From: an uncultured Planctomycetota bacterium
GTDB taxonomy: Bacteria; Planctomycetota; Planctomycetia; Gemmatales; Gemmataceae
Assembly (NCBI GenBank): GCA_963849325.1
Contig: CAWKHF010000007.1
Coordinates: forward strand, 544,001 to 608,000
Length of the DNA stretch: 64,000 nucleotides
Reading direction: 5' to 3'
Part shown: in pieces, positions 21,458-32,090 of the stretch
How the letters are laid out: each line of letters starts with the position of its first letter
How positions within the stretch are numbered: position 1 is the stretch's first letter
Notes under the pieces: model-generated
The model's database searches: none
What the model saw: only the letters and a program-made list of their open reading frames with translations
What the model was told of the DNA's origin: nothing
Program-made: the position numbers and the translations under genes

Positions 21458-22283
21458 TTAAACCTTGCGATGAGGCGTGGTGGCCTCGAAGGTGCCGTCG
21501 GGCAGGGGCACGAGCTGGTAATCGCCGAACAAATGCGGTGCTTCCGTCTGCATGAGCTGGAGCACCTTGACGGCCAGCTTGCGGATCTCGACCTCGGCGT
21601 GGCGGCTGCGCTCGCATCTCGATGAAGTGCCGCAAGGCCCGGGCATTGGCGGTGACGAAAATCTTCGTCTCCGTGGCATTGGGCAGCACGCTGCGAGCCG
21701 CCTGCCGGGCCAGCTTGCGCCGCAGCGTCTTGTCCGGCTCGTCCTTGTAATGCTCGGTCAGCTTCTCGACCAGCTTGACATACGCCTGGTGAGCGTGGGC
21801 GATGGCATCGAGCCAGAGGGCGTGCAGCTCCGGGTTGGCGGCGATCACGTCCGGCTCGACGTACTCGGCGACGGACTCATCGACGTAGCGTTGACTCAAC
21901 TGCGAGTAGCCCATGCCTGCGCGATGCCGAACCAGTTCGTGGGTGAGCGAGCGGCTGATCCCGGTGAACACGAAGTTCCAGACCGCATGTTCGAGGACGG
22001 AGCCGTGTCCCACTTCCAGAATGTGGTCCAGGTACGCCTTGTTGCCGCCGGGGCGAGGCTTGGCGAACGACATGTAACAGACGCGGCCCGCTACCTCGGC
22101 CAGGTGTTCGCCGGCGACTTCGGTGTCCGTCTGCCAGCTCACGCCATGATCGGCGAGAAAGCGATCGACCATCTCGGTATCGACCGTCTGCCGGCCGACG
22201 AGATAGACGGTCGGTTCGCGGAGGATGCGGACATCGCTCTTCGGATCGAGGCCCGTCACCGAGTTCTTCCCTAATTGTATCAT
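21458..22283 (-). CDS. thyX: FAD-dependent thymidylate synthase (indel near 21615)
   Basis: GHGSVLEH; ISRSLTHELVRHR; SQLSQRY; ARSVLPNATET; HAEVEIR. Confidence 0.95.
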
Positions 22284-22346
22284 CTGGGCCTCCTTTCCCA
22301 ACCGAAATGTCACGCGACCCGGAATCCTTCCGGGGAGTGTTCGCTC

Positions 22347-22374
22347 ATCTTAGTCGGCGGCCCGATTGTGTCAA
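22347..22374 (-). promoter_or_regulatory. Sigma70-like promoter for thyX (TTGACA-N16-TAAGAT)
   Basis: Near-consensus hexamers upstream of thyX on the minus strand. Confidence 0.5.
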
Positions 22375-22410
22375 TCACGCCTTCGTTCCACCTCCGCCGC
22401 AAACGCCTCG

Positions 22411-23990
22411 TTAGCCCAGCTTGCCGCAAACGTCCTCCACTGCCTTCAACAGACTGCCCGAACGGATCAGTCGCTCGACGGCTTCGAGGTCGCGGTGCAG
22501 GGTGCGATCGCGTCCCAGCGGCCGGACGTGTTCGCGGAGGTGGCGATACGCCGCCTCGACGCCGCGACCGGGACGCAGCCCGTGGTGGAACTCCAGTCCC
22601 TGGGCGCCGCAGAGCAACTCGCAGGCCAGGACGCGCGTGGTGTTCGTCACGGCTTGCCGGCACTTGCGGGCGGCCCCGGTGCTCATGGATACGTGGTCCT
22701 CGCGGTTGGCCGAGGTCGGGATCGAATCGACGCTGGCCGGGAACGACAGCGTCTTGTTCTCCGAGACGAGCGCCGCCGCCAGCACCTGCACCAGCATCAT
22801 ACCGGAATTCAGTCCCGGATGCGGCGTCAGAAAGCCGGGCAGGCCGCTGAGGTCGGGGTTGACCAGGTTCTCGACGCGGCGCTCGCTGATGCTGCCGAGG
22901 TCGGCGACGGCCGCGCACAGCAGGTCGGCGGCCAGGGCGATCGGCTGGGCGTGGAAGTTGCCGCCGGAGATCACCTCGCCGGTGTCGGCGAACACCAGCG
23001 GATTGTCGGTGGCCGAGTTCATCTCGCGCTCGACGACGGCGGTGACGTGCGCCAGGGCGTCGCGGAAGCTGCCGTGGACCTGCGGCATGCAGCGCATGCT
23101 GTAGGCGTCCTGCACCTTGGCGCAGTGGGCGTGCGAGGCCATGACGGCGCTGTCGGCCAGCAGGCGGCGAAGGTTGGCGGCGCAGGCGGCCTGGCCGGGA
23201 TGCGGGCGGATGGCCTGGATGCGCGGGTCGAACGGCCGCTGCGAGCTTTTCGTCGCCTCCACGGTCATCGCCCCGGCGACGTCGGCGATGCGGGCCAGCT
23301 GTCGTGCCCGCACCAGGGCGTCGGCCAGAAGGGCCGTGCTGATCTGCGTGCCGTTGATGAGCGACAGTCCTTCCTTGGCCTGCGGGCGATACGGTTTCAG
23401 GTGGACGCGGCGGAGGGCGGCGCGGCCGCTCATCGGCTTGCGGCCATCCTCGCCGGCGGCAGGACCGGACGACGAAGGCGTGGCCCTCGCCCATGACCAC
23501 GAGGGCCAGATGGGCCAGCGGAGCCAGGTCGCCGGAGGCGCCGACGCTGCCCTGCTCCGGGATGGCGGGCACGACGCCGCGGTTGTACATCTCGAGCAGT
23601 CGATCGATAAGCTCTGTAGTCACTCCCGAATGTCCCTTGGCCAGCGCCTGGATGCGCAGGGCCAGCGCGAGACGGCTGACGCCCAGACTCAAGCAGCGGT
23701 CCCATGCCGACGGCGTGGCTGCGCAGCAGGTTCTCCTGCAGGGCGAGGACTTCGTGCGGTTCGATGCGCTGGCTGGCCAGCTTGCCGAAGCCGGTGTTGA
23801 CGCCGTAGAGCGTCGCTCCTTGCGTCAGCAGATCGTGCAGACAGCGACGGGCCTGCTCGACGCGCCGCCGGGCCGCCGGCGCCAGGCGAAGTTGTTCGAC
23901 CTGTCCGTGCAAAATGCGGGCGGCGTCGGCGAGGGTCAGGTTATCGCCGGTTAGTTCCAGGGAGGTGTCGGTGCGGAGAGTGCGGTTCAT
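22411..23990 (-). CDS. hutH: Histidine ammonia-lyase (indels near 23690 and 23460)
   Basis: [22 protein letters not shown] (MIO-forming ASG); [30 protein letters not shown]. Confidence 0.93.
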
Positions 23991-24147
23991 GCACCTTATC
24001 ATAGACACGAGGAGCGACCTCGGGGTTCGCGCGCTTTCGATTTCGTGAGATGGGTTGAAAGAGGCGGGGGCCGTCCTCTCTTGTGCGAGAAGGATGGCGA
24101 GAGTATGGTGAGGAGAAGTCAATGAAACTCCAGCGCGGCAGAATCGC

Positions 24148-24540
24148 ATGACCGAGCAAATCACTGTTACGCTTCCCCTAGAGATCCTGCAACGGGCCGA
24201 GCGACTCGCCCGCTGTACGGGGCGTTCTGTCGATCAATTCCTCGCGGAAACGATTGAACTCTCTTTGCGGCCATTAGGGAACTCTTCTTTGACGGAAGAG
24301 AGTATGACGGAATGGTCCGATGAACAAGTGCTGGCCGCCGCGGACGATCCGGGCATGTCCCCCGCAGAGGATCGCCGTCTCAGTGAATTGCTCACCCGCC
24401 AACAGGCCGGCGCCTTAACGGCTGCGGAGCGTCCCGAGTTGACAGCGTTGATGGAAGTCTATCAGACACGGTTCTTGTCGAAGGCTCGGGCGCTGAGCGA
24501 ATCGGTGCGCCGGGGGCTGCGGCCGCCTTTACAGCCCTGA
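24148..24540 (+). CDS. Hypothetical protein, antitoxin-like (RHH-like N-terminus)
   Basis: ITVTLPLEILQRAERLA..GRSVDQFL pattern; helical C-terminus; 11 bp upstream of the HNH gene. Confidence 0.6.
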   Translation: MTEQITVTLPLEILQRAERLARCTGRSVDQFLAETIELSLRPLGNSSLTEESMTEWSDEQVLAAADDPGMSPAEDRRLSELLTRQQAGALTAAERPELTALMEVYQTRFLSKARALSESVRRGLRPPLQP

Positions 24541-24551
24541 GCGAGGGACGC

Positions 24552-24974
24552 ATGGACGAAGAGGTCCGCAGGCGCGTCCGCAATCAGGCCGGGGATCGTT
24601 GTGGATACTGCCTGGCTCCGCAGCGTCTCGTGTTGGGGTGGTTGGAGATCGAGCACATTATCCCTCAAGCGCGAGGCGGCTCGGACGACGAGGAAAACTT
24701 GTGGCTAGCCTGCCGCCTGTGCAATAACTACAAGAGCGACCAGATCGAGGGACTCGATCCCCAGACGGGGCGACGGGTCCGTCTTTTCAATCTGCGCCGC
24801 CAGCGTTGGTCCGCTCATTTTTCCTGGAGCGCGGACGGCACGCGGCTCCTTGGCAAAACTCCATGCGGTCGTGCCACGATCCTCTGCCTGCAGCTCAATA
24901 ACGTCATCGCCGTGATGGTGCGCCGCGAGTGGGTGGCCGCTGGCTGGCATCCGCCCTTGATGCCGGCAACCTGA
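24552..24974 (+). CDS. HNH endonuclease
   Basis: RCGYC...EIEHIIP..RGG..ENLWLACRLCNNYK; RLFN.R.QRW..HF.W. Confidence 0.92.
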   Translation: MDEEVRRRVRNQAGDRCGYCLAPQRLVLGWLEIEHIIPQARGGSDDEENLWLACRLCNNYKSDQIEGLDPQTGRRVRLFNLRRQRWSAHFSWSADGTRLLGKTPCGRATILCLQLNNVIAVMVRREWVAAGWHPPLMPAT

Positions 24975-25034
24975 CGAGTCGATCCGTCTCCTCGGCGGTC
25001 GTGAAGCCGAACCATTTCTGCTTGTCCCTACGAG

Positions 25035-26357
25035 TCAATCGCCGTCGGCCGCGAGATCCTTGCGCGACGTCTCGGCAAGGAAATGCACGCAAATCAACGA
25101 GACGACCCCGAGGCCCATGAGGTATGCCGCCAGCGGCCAGGACCGTCCCGAGAAGTGGTGCGCCAACGTGGCGGCGACGAGCGGCGCCGTACCGCCGGCG
25201 ACCGGCGCCGCCAGTTGATAGCCGAGCGAGGCGCCCGTGTAGCGCAGCCGCGTGCCGAACAGCTCGGGAATCAGCGACGCCTGCACGCTGTACAGCATGG
25301 CATGGCCAACCGCCAGCGAGACGATCACCGCCGTCAGGATCGCCGCCGGCTGGCGCGTGTTGAGCAAGTAGTAATAGGGTCCGGCGAAGCCGATGAGGAC
25401 GAGGCTGCCGACCAGGAACATCCCTTTGCGCGACCAGTAATCCGACAGGATGCCCCACAGCGGTATCGTGAAGAACTCGATGGCCGCCGCCACATTGATC
25501 GCCAGCAGGATCTGCCTTTCCTCGACGTGCAGGATGTCCTTGCCGTAAGCGAGGACGTAGGTGCTGAACAGATAAAAGCACGAGTTCTCGCTCAGACGCG
25601 AGCCGGCCGCCAGCAACACTTCCCGCCAGTGTCGCCTCAGCGTCTCGGCCACGGGGGCACGAGAGACTTGCTGGGTCTGTTGTAGCTGTTGAAATAGCGG
25701 CGTTTCCAGGATACGCATGCGGATGAGCAGACCGACGACAATGAGCAGACCGCTGAGAAAGAACGGCACGCGCCAGCCCCAGGCGAGAAAGTGCTCGGGA
25801 GCGAGCCGGTCCTGGAACAGGGCCACCACGCCGGCGGAGGTTAACAGTCCCAGCGGTACGCCGGCCTGCGGCCAGCTGGCGTAGAAGCCGCGCTTGCCGC
25901 GATGGCCGTACTCCAGGGCCAGCAGCACGGCGCCGCCCCATTCGCCGCCAACGCCGATGCCCTGCACGAAACGCAAGAACGTCAACAGGAACGGCGCGGC
26001 CACGCCGAGGCGATCCGCCGTCGGCAAGAAGCCGATGCTCATGGTGCTGACGCCCATCAGCAACAGCGTGGCCACCAACGTCGATTTCCTCCCAACACGA
26101 TCGCCCAGGTAGCCGAAGAGGGCGCCTCCCAGCGGACGGGCCACGAAACCCGTCGTGTAGGTGGCGAAGGACAGGATTTGTCCGACGAAGGGATCGACCG
26201 AGGGGAAGAACAAGCGTGGGAAAACCAGGGCGGCCATCACGCCGTAGAGAAAGAAATCGTACCACTCGATGGTGGTGCCGACCGTGCTGGCGATCACCGC
26301 CTCGATCACGGCCCGCCGTCCGCCGGGTACGTCCGCCGCGGAGATTGGTTCCTTCAT
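25035..26357 (-). CDS. MFS metabolite:H+ symporter (ShiA-like)
   Basis: GTTIEWYDFFLYG; ARPLGG; GDRVGRK; GGEWGGA; GWRVPF; start overlaps the upstream stop (ATGA). Confidence 0.9.
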   Translation of the reverse strand: MKEPISAADVPGGRRAVIEAVIASTVGTTIEWYDFFLYGVMAALVFPRLFFPSVDPFVGQILSFATYTTGFVARPLGGALFGYLGDRVGRKSTLVATLLLMGVSTMSIGFLPTADRLGVAAPFLLTFLRFVQGIGVGGEWGGAVLLALEYGHRGKRGFYASWPQAGVPLGLLTSAGVVALFQDRLAPEHFLAWGWRVPFFLSGLLIVVGLLIRMRILETPLFQQLQQTQQVSRAPVAETLRRHWREVLLAAGSRLSENSCFYLFSTYVLAYGKDILHVEERQILLAINVAAAIEFFTIPLWGILSDYWSRKGMFLVGSLVLIGFAGPYYYLLNTRQPAAILTAVIVSLAVGHAMLYSVQASLIPELFGTRLRYTGASLGYQLAAPVAGGTAPLVAATLAHHFSGRSWPLAAYLMGLGVVSLICVHFLAETSRKDLAADGD

Positions 26358-27500
26358 GGACTTCCCTCGCCGTCCAATTCGCGGCGAATGCGTGCGCCGT
26401 CGGCGTTCAGTTCGGGGGCCGGCCGGCGCGTCGGCGGGTCCGCGAAGCCGCTGAGCTTGATGGGGTTGCCGGCCATGCGCAGCTCGCCGGCGCGGACGAC
26501 CATGTTGCGGGCCTGCGTTTGCGGATGAGCGACTGCCTCCGCGACGTTCTGGATCAAAGCTGCACGGCACGCCCGCCGCTTCGAGCACGTCGATCCAGTG
26601 CGCCGCCGGCGCCGTACACAGCACTTGCTCCAGGGCGATTTTCAGCTCCTCGGCGTGGTGCGTTCGTTGACGGTTATCGACAAAACGGGGATCGACGGCC
26701 AACTCGGGCCGGCCCAGCGCCTGGCACAGCCGGCCGAACAGGACGTCATTGCCGGCCGCGAGGACGAGGAGGCGATCGGCGGCGGCAAACGGCTCGAAGG
26801 GTGTGATGGAGGGGTGGCGATTGCCCATCGGTCCCGGCACTTGCCCCGTGGCGGCGTAGCGCATGATGGCGCTTTCGAGGATGGCGAGTTGGCCGTCGAA
26901 CAGGGCCACGTCCACCTGCCGGCCCAGGCCGGTCTTCTCGCGGTCGTACAGCGCGGCGGCGATGCCGGCCAGTAAAAACAATCCACCCGTGAGGTCGCCG
27001 ATGGAGGTGCCGGCCTTGGTGGGCGGATCGCCCGGCCGTCCCGTCACGCTCATCATGCCGCCCAGCGCCTGCGCGATGAGGTCGTAGGCCGGCTTGCGGC
27101 CCCACGGACCCGTTTGCCCGAAGCCCGACACGGCCGCGTAGATCAAGCGCGGATTGATGGCACGCAACGGCTCGTAACTGAAACCGAGGCGCTCCATTGT
27201 GCCGGGGCGGAAGTTCTCGACCAGCACGTCGGCGCGGCGCACCAGCTGGAGGAAGACGGCGCGATCGCCGTCGTTCTTGAGGTCCAGGGCGATGCTCTCC
27301 TTGCCGCGATTGAGGGAGGCGAAGTAGGCGGACTGGCCCTCGAAGAACGGCTCGAAGCGCCGCGAGTCGTCGCCGCCGTCCGGGGTCTCGACCTTGATGA
27401 CGCGGGCGCCCAGCTCCGCCAGCATCATCGTGCAAAAAGGGCCGGCCAGGACGCGCGACAGATCGAGGACCAGTACACCGGAGAAGGGACCGTCAGCCAT
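26354..27500 (-). CDS. Family III CoA-transferase (CaiB/BaiF) (indel near 26560)
   Basis: VLDLSRVLAGP; LGARVIKVE; NRGKES; ENFRPG; true C-terminus in ORF 26354..26557 (HPQTQARNM...PAPEL). Confidence 0.9.
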
Positions 27501-27634
27501 GCGCAGTGCTCGGCGAAAAACCGGGGGATGAATCGTCGGCCAGCATATCCGCGCAGCGCGGATTCGGCCAGCGGAGATCCATCCCGCGTCGCGGCTCGCT
27601 GGTGGCGCGAGCGAATGGTGCGTAGAATCTGGAC

Positions 27635-28993
27635 ATGAAAGCCATCGTTGTCGTCGCTCGGGGTTTGCAGCTTGGTGCGTTGGGCTGCTACGGCAATTCC
27701 TGGATCGACACGCCCGCCCTCGACGCCCTGGCCGCCGAGGGAGTCGTTTTCGATCAGCACTTCGCCGACCGCGCCGACCCGGCCGGCGCGCGTCGCGCCT
27801 GGCGCTCGGGGCGCTCTCTCTTGCCCTCCCCTACCCCCACTCGAGAGGAGAACGCCGGCCCGGATTTGCTCACCGCCCTCCGGGCGCAGGGTATTCACAC
27901 CTGTCTGATTGTCGATGACAGCCGGTCGTCACCGCCGGAGTTCGCGGCGGGATGGGATGAGGTCGAGCGCGCCGCGGCGGCCGAGGAGACGACGCCGCTG
28001 GAGGCGACCCTGGAGGCGGCGGGCGCGGCGTTGATGCGGCTGGAGCAACGCGACAACTGGCTGCTATGGATCGACCTGACGACGCCGCTGCCGCCCTGGG
28101 ACGTGCCCGAGGAGTTCCAGGCGCCCTACTTCGACGAGGCGCCCATCGAGGACGACGAGGCAGAGGGAGAAGAGGCGGAGGAGGACGAGCCGTTGACGCC
28201 ACTGGTCGAGCCGCCCAATGGGCCGATCGATCCCGAAGACGATGCCCTGTTTCTGAGTCTGCAAACCAGTTACGCGGCGGCCGTGACGTACCTCGACGCG
28301 GGGGTCGGCCAATTGCTCGAAGCGCTCGCCAACCTGGAGGGCGGCGACGACGTGCTCGTCGTACTGACGACGGACGTGGGGCAGAACCTCGGCGAGCACG
28401 GGGTGGTCGGGCCGGTTCGCGCGTGGCTGCACGATGAGGTCATCCACCTGCCGCTGCTGCTGCGCTGGCCCGGTGGTGCCGAGGCCGGCCGCCGCGTGAG
28501 CGCCCTGACGCAGGTCGTGGACCTGGCCCCGACGCTGGCTGAGTGGTTCGGGACGTCGCTACCCGGAGTGCATGGCCACAGTCTTCTGTCGCTGGCCCGA
28601 GGGCAGATCGAGACGATACGGTCCTACGCCTGTGCCGGCCTGCAGGTCGGCGCGGCAATCGAGTACGCCCTGCGTACATCCGACTGGGCCTTTCTCCTGC
28701 CGGTGCAAACCGGGGCCGAGGAGGCGAGCCGTTCGCTCCAGCTGTACGTCAAACCGGACGATCGCTGGGAGGTAAACAACGTCGTGCAGCATCACCTGGA
28801 TCTGACCGAGCAGCTCGAACGAACCTTGCGCGATTTTGTGACAGCGACGTGTCAGCCGGGGCCGCTGCAAGCGCCGCCGTTGCCGGAGGGGGCGACGGCC
28901 AAGGCATCAGCGCCGAAACATCGGCCGCTCCATCGGACAAGCCCGTATCCGAACCGTGAGGCGCGGAGGAGTGCAAAAGGGCGAGCAGGTTGA
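27635..28993 (+). CDS. Sulfatase-like hydrolase lacking the catalytic CxPxR motif
   Basis: LGCYGN.WIDTPALD.LAAEG..FD; YAAAVTYLD..VG; LGEHG; HLPL; DLAPT. The 3' end is uncertain. Confidence 0.8.
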   Translation: MKAIVVVARGLQLGALGCYGNSWIDTPALDALAAEGVVFDQHFADRADPAGARRAWRSGRSLLPSPTPTREENAGPDLLTALRAQGIHTCLIVDDSRSSPPEFAAGWDEVERAAAAEETTPLEATLEAAGAALMRLEQRDNWLLWIDLTTPLPPWDVPEEFQAPYFDEAPIEDDEAEGEEAEEDEPLTPLVEPPNGPIDPEDDALFLSLQTSYAAAVTYLDAGVGQLLEALANLEGGDDVLVVLTTDVGQNLGEHGVVGPVRAWLHDEVIHLPLLLRWPGGAEAGRRVSALTQVVDLAPTLAEWFGTSLPGVHGHSLLSLARGQIETIRSYACAGLQVGAAIEYALRTSDWAFLLPVQTGAEEASRSLQLYVKPDDRWEVNNVVQHHLDLTEQLERTLRDFVTATCQPGPLQAPPLPEGATAKASAPKHRPLHRTSPYPNREARRSAKGRAG

Positions 28994-29846
28994 TCTCGAT
29001 GGTCTTGCAGATCGCGTCCAGAGGCAGGTGATTGAGACGATTCGTGGCGAACGGCTGCTGCAATTCGATGCCGATTTGATCCAGCGACAGCACGGTGTAG
29101 GCGAGCAGGACCGTTACCAGCGGGGCCAGCCATTCTTCCTCGAACTTGTGCAGCAGGGCGAACGGCAGCGTCCCCAGGTAGAGCAGAATGAAGCGGCGTA
29201 TGGTAATCGAGTACGTGCTCGCCAGCGGCGTGTTGCGGATGCGTTCGCAAGCACCGAGATAGTCGATCAGCGCCGACCGTTCGCGTTCCGCTTGCAGGAA
29301 CGCGAAGCGGTCCATCCCGTGTCGCTCGCAGCCCTCGCGCAGCAATTCGTCAATCCGCAAAGCCACGAACGACGGTATGTGCTCGGCGGCCTGCACGCGC
29401 GCGGCTTCGTCCTCGCTCAGCAAAGCCGTCAGCTCCGGCACCCGGTTTTCGCCGCGCAGCCGAGCCTTGGCGGCGTAGGAGAACGCCGCCGTCCAGCGGA
29501 CCATTTGTTCGCGCCAGCGTCCATCCGCCGGCCCGTGGGCCAGGGCCGTCAGCGCCAGGTTCCGCGACTGATTGACGATGCCGCCCCACAACTTCCGCGC
29601 TTCCCACCAGCGGTCGTAACCCGCGTTGGTACGCATCACGAGCAGCAGACTCAGCAGCACTCCGCCGACCTCGTGCGGTCCGACTTCGATCGCCAGGTTG
29701 GCGTGCTCCAAGGTGTAGAGCAGGGAAACGAGCGTGGCGAAGGCGCCGAAGGCGACGGTCGTCGGCAGCACACGTCCGCTGGCGGCCCCGCGCCAGGAGA
29801 ACGCCTCCATCCAGAAACTTCGCGATTCCGGCAGCGATTCAGGCAT
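28749..29846 (-). CDS. Bestrophin/UPF0187 family channel
   Basis: RTNAGYDRWWEARKLWG..VN.SR; CERIRNTP; IGIELQQPF; LPLD.IC. The 3' end is uncertain. Confidence 0.88.
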   Translation of the reverse strand: MPESLPESRSFWMEAFSWRGAASGRVLPTTVAFGAFATLVSLLYTLEHANLAIEVGPHEVGGVLLSLLLVMRTNAGYDRWWEARKLWGGIVNQSRNLALTALAHGPADGRWREQMVRWTAAFSYAAKARLRGENRVPELTALLSEDEAARVQAAEHIPSFVALRIDELLREGCERHGMDRFAFLQAERERSALIDYLGACERIRNTPLASTYSITIRRFILLYLGTLPFALLHKFEEEWLAPLVTVLLAYTVLSLDQIGIELQQPFATNRLNHLPLDAICKTIEINLLALLHSSAPHGSDTGLSDGAADVSALMPWPSPPPATAALAAAPADTSLSQNRARFVRAARSDPGDAARRCLPPSDRPV

Positions 29847-29900
29847 CAGCGGACCTCGTGACACATCGGCTTGGCGACATGCCTAATCATAGGCCACGAG

Positions 29901-29967
29901 GCGGCGAGCGGGAGCGTCAGCCCCCTGTTGACGGCGAAACAGGGGGCTGACGCCCCCCGCTCGCCGC
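29901..29967. repeat. REP-like palindrome pair (GGGGGC-GTCA-GCCCCC type)
   Basis: Inverted repeat; near-identical copy at 52066-52129. Confidence 0.85.
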
Positions 29968-29981
29968 TTTCTGACAAGCTG

Positions 29982-30530
29982 TCACTTGATCGGCACTTCG
30001 TACACCAGGGCGCCGAGGAGGTCGCCTTCCTTGTAGCCGGGGTGGCAGTTGAGGCACTGGCTCATCACCACGGGGACGCGAGTGGCCGCGCGAAGGACCG
30101 GCTGGTCGTCCTTGTGGCCGACTTCCGAGTAGTAGTTGTCGCCGGCGTTCAACTTCTCGACCGCTCGTTTTTCAAAGGCGCTCTTGGCCACGTTGGCCTT
30201 GTTGATCGGCGTGCCGGTGGTATCGATCAAACGCACCGTGCCCCAACCGCTCTTCTGCATGTGCTCGAAGACCTTCTTGGCGACGTGGGCGGCCGGCGTC
30301 CGCTCGCGGGCCTTGACGTAGGTGGAGGTGATCGTCACCACGTAACCCTTGTGTACGTCGTCGAGCATCTTGACCGTGTCATGGGCGCGCTGGACGGCCT
30401 CCTTGTCCGGCACGGACGTGCCCGCGGCCCGACCGGCGTTCGGACGACCCACACCCTCCATCGCACCGACAGCGATCAGAGCAACCAGCAGAACACCGAG
30501 CAGGGAACGGAACAAACGAAAACTTCGCAT
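29982..30530 (-). CDS. Exported c-type haem protein, DUF3365/Tll0287-like
   Basis: Signal peptide; VRLID.TG.P; FEK.A; C-terminal CLNCH followed by GDLLGALVY. Confidence 0.8.
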   Translation of the reverse strand: MRSFRLFRSLLGVLLVALIAVGAMEGVGRPNAGRAAGTSVPDKEAVQRAHDTVKMLDDVHKGYVVTITSTYVKARERTPAAHVAKKVFEHMQKSGWGTVRLIDTTGTPINKANVAKSAFEKRAVEKLNAGDNYYSEVGHKDDQPVLRAATRVPVVMSQCLNCHPGYKEGDLLGALVYEVPIK

Positions 30531-30606
30531 CACAACTCCTGCGGAAGGAAAAGAGAACCGATTCGGAGGGAGGGAGCAACCAAGCTCCCTTGCGTTGGCA
30601 GGCAAA

Positions 30607-30678
30607 TTCTGGATAATCATATCCAGAAGCATTAAGATAAAACATCCCGACGGGATGTCAAGATCCAGATATCCATTT
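30607..30678. promoter_or_regulatory. Divergent control region: operator TTCTGGATA-N4-TATCCAGAA, second similar site, and TTGACA-N16-TATCTT promoter (minus strand)
   Basis: Perfect 9-bp IR at 30607-30628; GAT-N5-TATCCA repeated near 30662; TGTCAA at 30656-30661. Confidence 0.6.
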
Positions 30679-30689
30679 TTGGGGCCTTC

Positions 30690-31142
30690 ATGTTTTCGCA
30701 AACGACGGAGTACGCTCTGCGAGCGGTTATTTACCTGGCCTCGCAGTCCGGCACGGCGCGGACGACGCAACAAATCGCCGAAAGCACCCGAGTGCCGACC
30801 GGCTATCTGTCCAAGGTGATGCAGGGTCTGGGTCGCGCGCGGCTGGTGCAGTCGCAGCGCGGCCTGCACGGTGGTTTCACCCTGGCCCGGCCGGCCGAGG
30901 AGCTAACCGTTCTCGACGTCATCCAGGCCGTCGATCCGATCCAGCGCATCCGCAGTTGTCCGCTGGGATTGAAAGGACACATCAATCTCTGCCCTCTCCA
31001 CCGCCGACTCGATCACGCCATGAAACTCGTGGAGGAGGCGCTGCGCAAATCCAGCATCGCCGAATTGCTCGCCGAGCCGGAGCGGACCCGCGGCATTCCG
31101 ATCCCTCTCTGTTCCTGGCCGGAGGACGAGTGCGTCGGCTGA
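30690..31142 (+). CDS. Rrf2-family transcriptional regulator
   Basis: EYALRA; YLSKV; SQRG.HGGF.LARP; ..DVIQAVD; Cys pair CPLG...LCPLH. Confidence 0.92.
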   Translation: MFSQTTEYALRAVIYLASQSGTARTTQQIAESTRVPTGYLSKVMQGLGRARLVQSQRGLHGGFTLARPAEELTVLDVIQAVDPIQRIRSCPLGLKGHINLCPLHRRLDHAMKLVEEALRKSSIAELLAEPERTRGIPIPLCSWPEDECVG

Positions 31143-31261
31143 GATCGTCTCCCCCGTTGTCCAGGCTACCCTCTTGATCCACTCAGTCGGGCGTGCGATA
31201 GTTGGTTCGTCGGTCGATTCGTCCCTGGGAAAAATCCTTCACGACACGCCGAGGTCGGACG

Positions 31262-32013
31262 ATGCTTCCACTACCACATTATAGATGGTTTTTATCTTCT
31301 ATTTTCGTACTCATCGCCGCATCCATGCCGTCGGTCGCGGCCGGCGAGAAAGACTGGAAGGAAATGACCGACCTGCAATCGTGGCGCAAGCCCGACAAGC
31401 TGTGGATGCTGGCCGATCACGCCGGCATCGATCCGGACAACCCCCGGCTTCTGACGGCCACGCCCGGCAAGGACATCCTGGTCAACGGCCGCAAGGGGCG
31501 TGCGCACGACCTTCTCAGCAAGCAGGAGTTCGGCGACCTCGAGGTCCACGTCGAGTTCCTCATCTCGAAAGGATCCAACTCCGGCGTCAAGCTCCAGGGT
31601 TTGTACGAAATCCAGATCTACGATAGCTGGGGAGTGAAGGAACCCAAGGGCAGCGATTGCGGCGGCATCTATCCGGCGCGGACCTGAAGCCGAAATATCA
31701 CTATCTTGACAAGGGCGTCCCGCCGCGTCGCAATGCCTGCAAAAAGCCGGGCGAATGGCAGACACTGGACATCGTTTTCCAGGCGCCGCGCTTCGGCGCC
31801 GACGGCAAGAAGACCGCCAGCGCTCGCTTCGTCAAGGTGGTCCTCAACGGCCAGCTCATCCACGATGACGTCGAGGCGGCGACGCCGACCGGCCATGCCT
31901 GGAAGAACAAGGAAGTCGCCGCCGGCCCCCTGTTACTCCAGGGCGACCACGGACCCGTCGCCTTCCGCAACGTCCGCGTTCGCACGTACACTCCCCCTGT
32001 CCGGAAAGATTGA
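31262..32013 (+). CDS. DUF1080 (3-keto-disaccharide hydrolase-like) secreted protein (indel near 31680)
   Basis: FGD.E.HVEF; NSGV; YEIQI.DS; CGGIY; GEWQT.DI; LQGDHG.V.FRN. Confidence 0.85.
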
Positions 32014-32090
32014 CGCCACGACCCGCGCGGCACAGAAGCTGCATTCTCCTCCCCAGGTTCTATTGAGGGCCGAACCAGGGAGGCGCAACC

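Noticed and set aside
25035-27500. 821-aa CoA-transferase/MFS fusion in the ORF track
   Set aside because: An indel near 26560 explains it. The true CoA-transferase C-terminus is in another frame and ends at 26354, overlapping the MFS ATG, which has its own SD.
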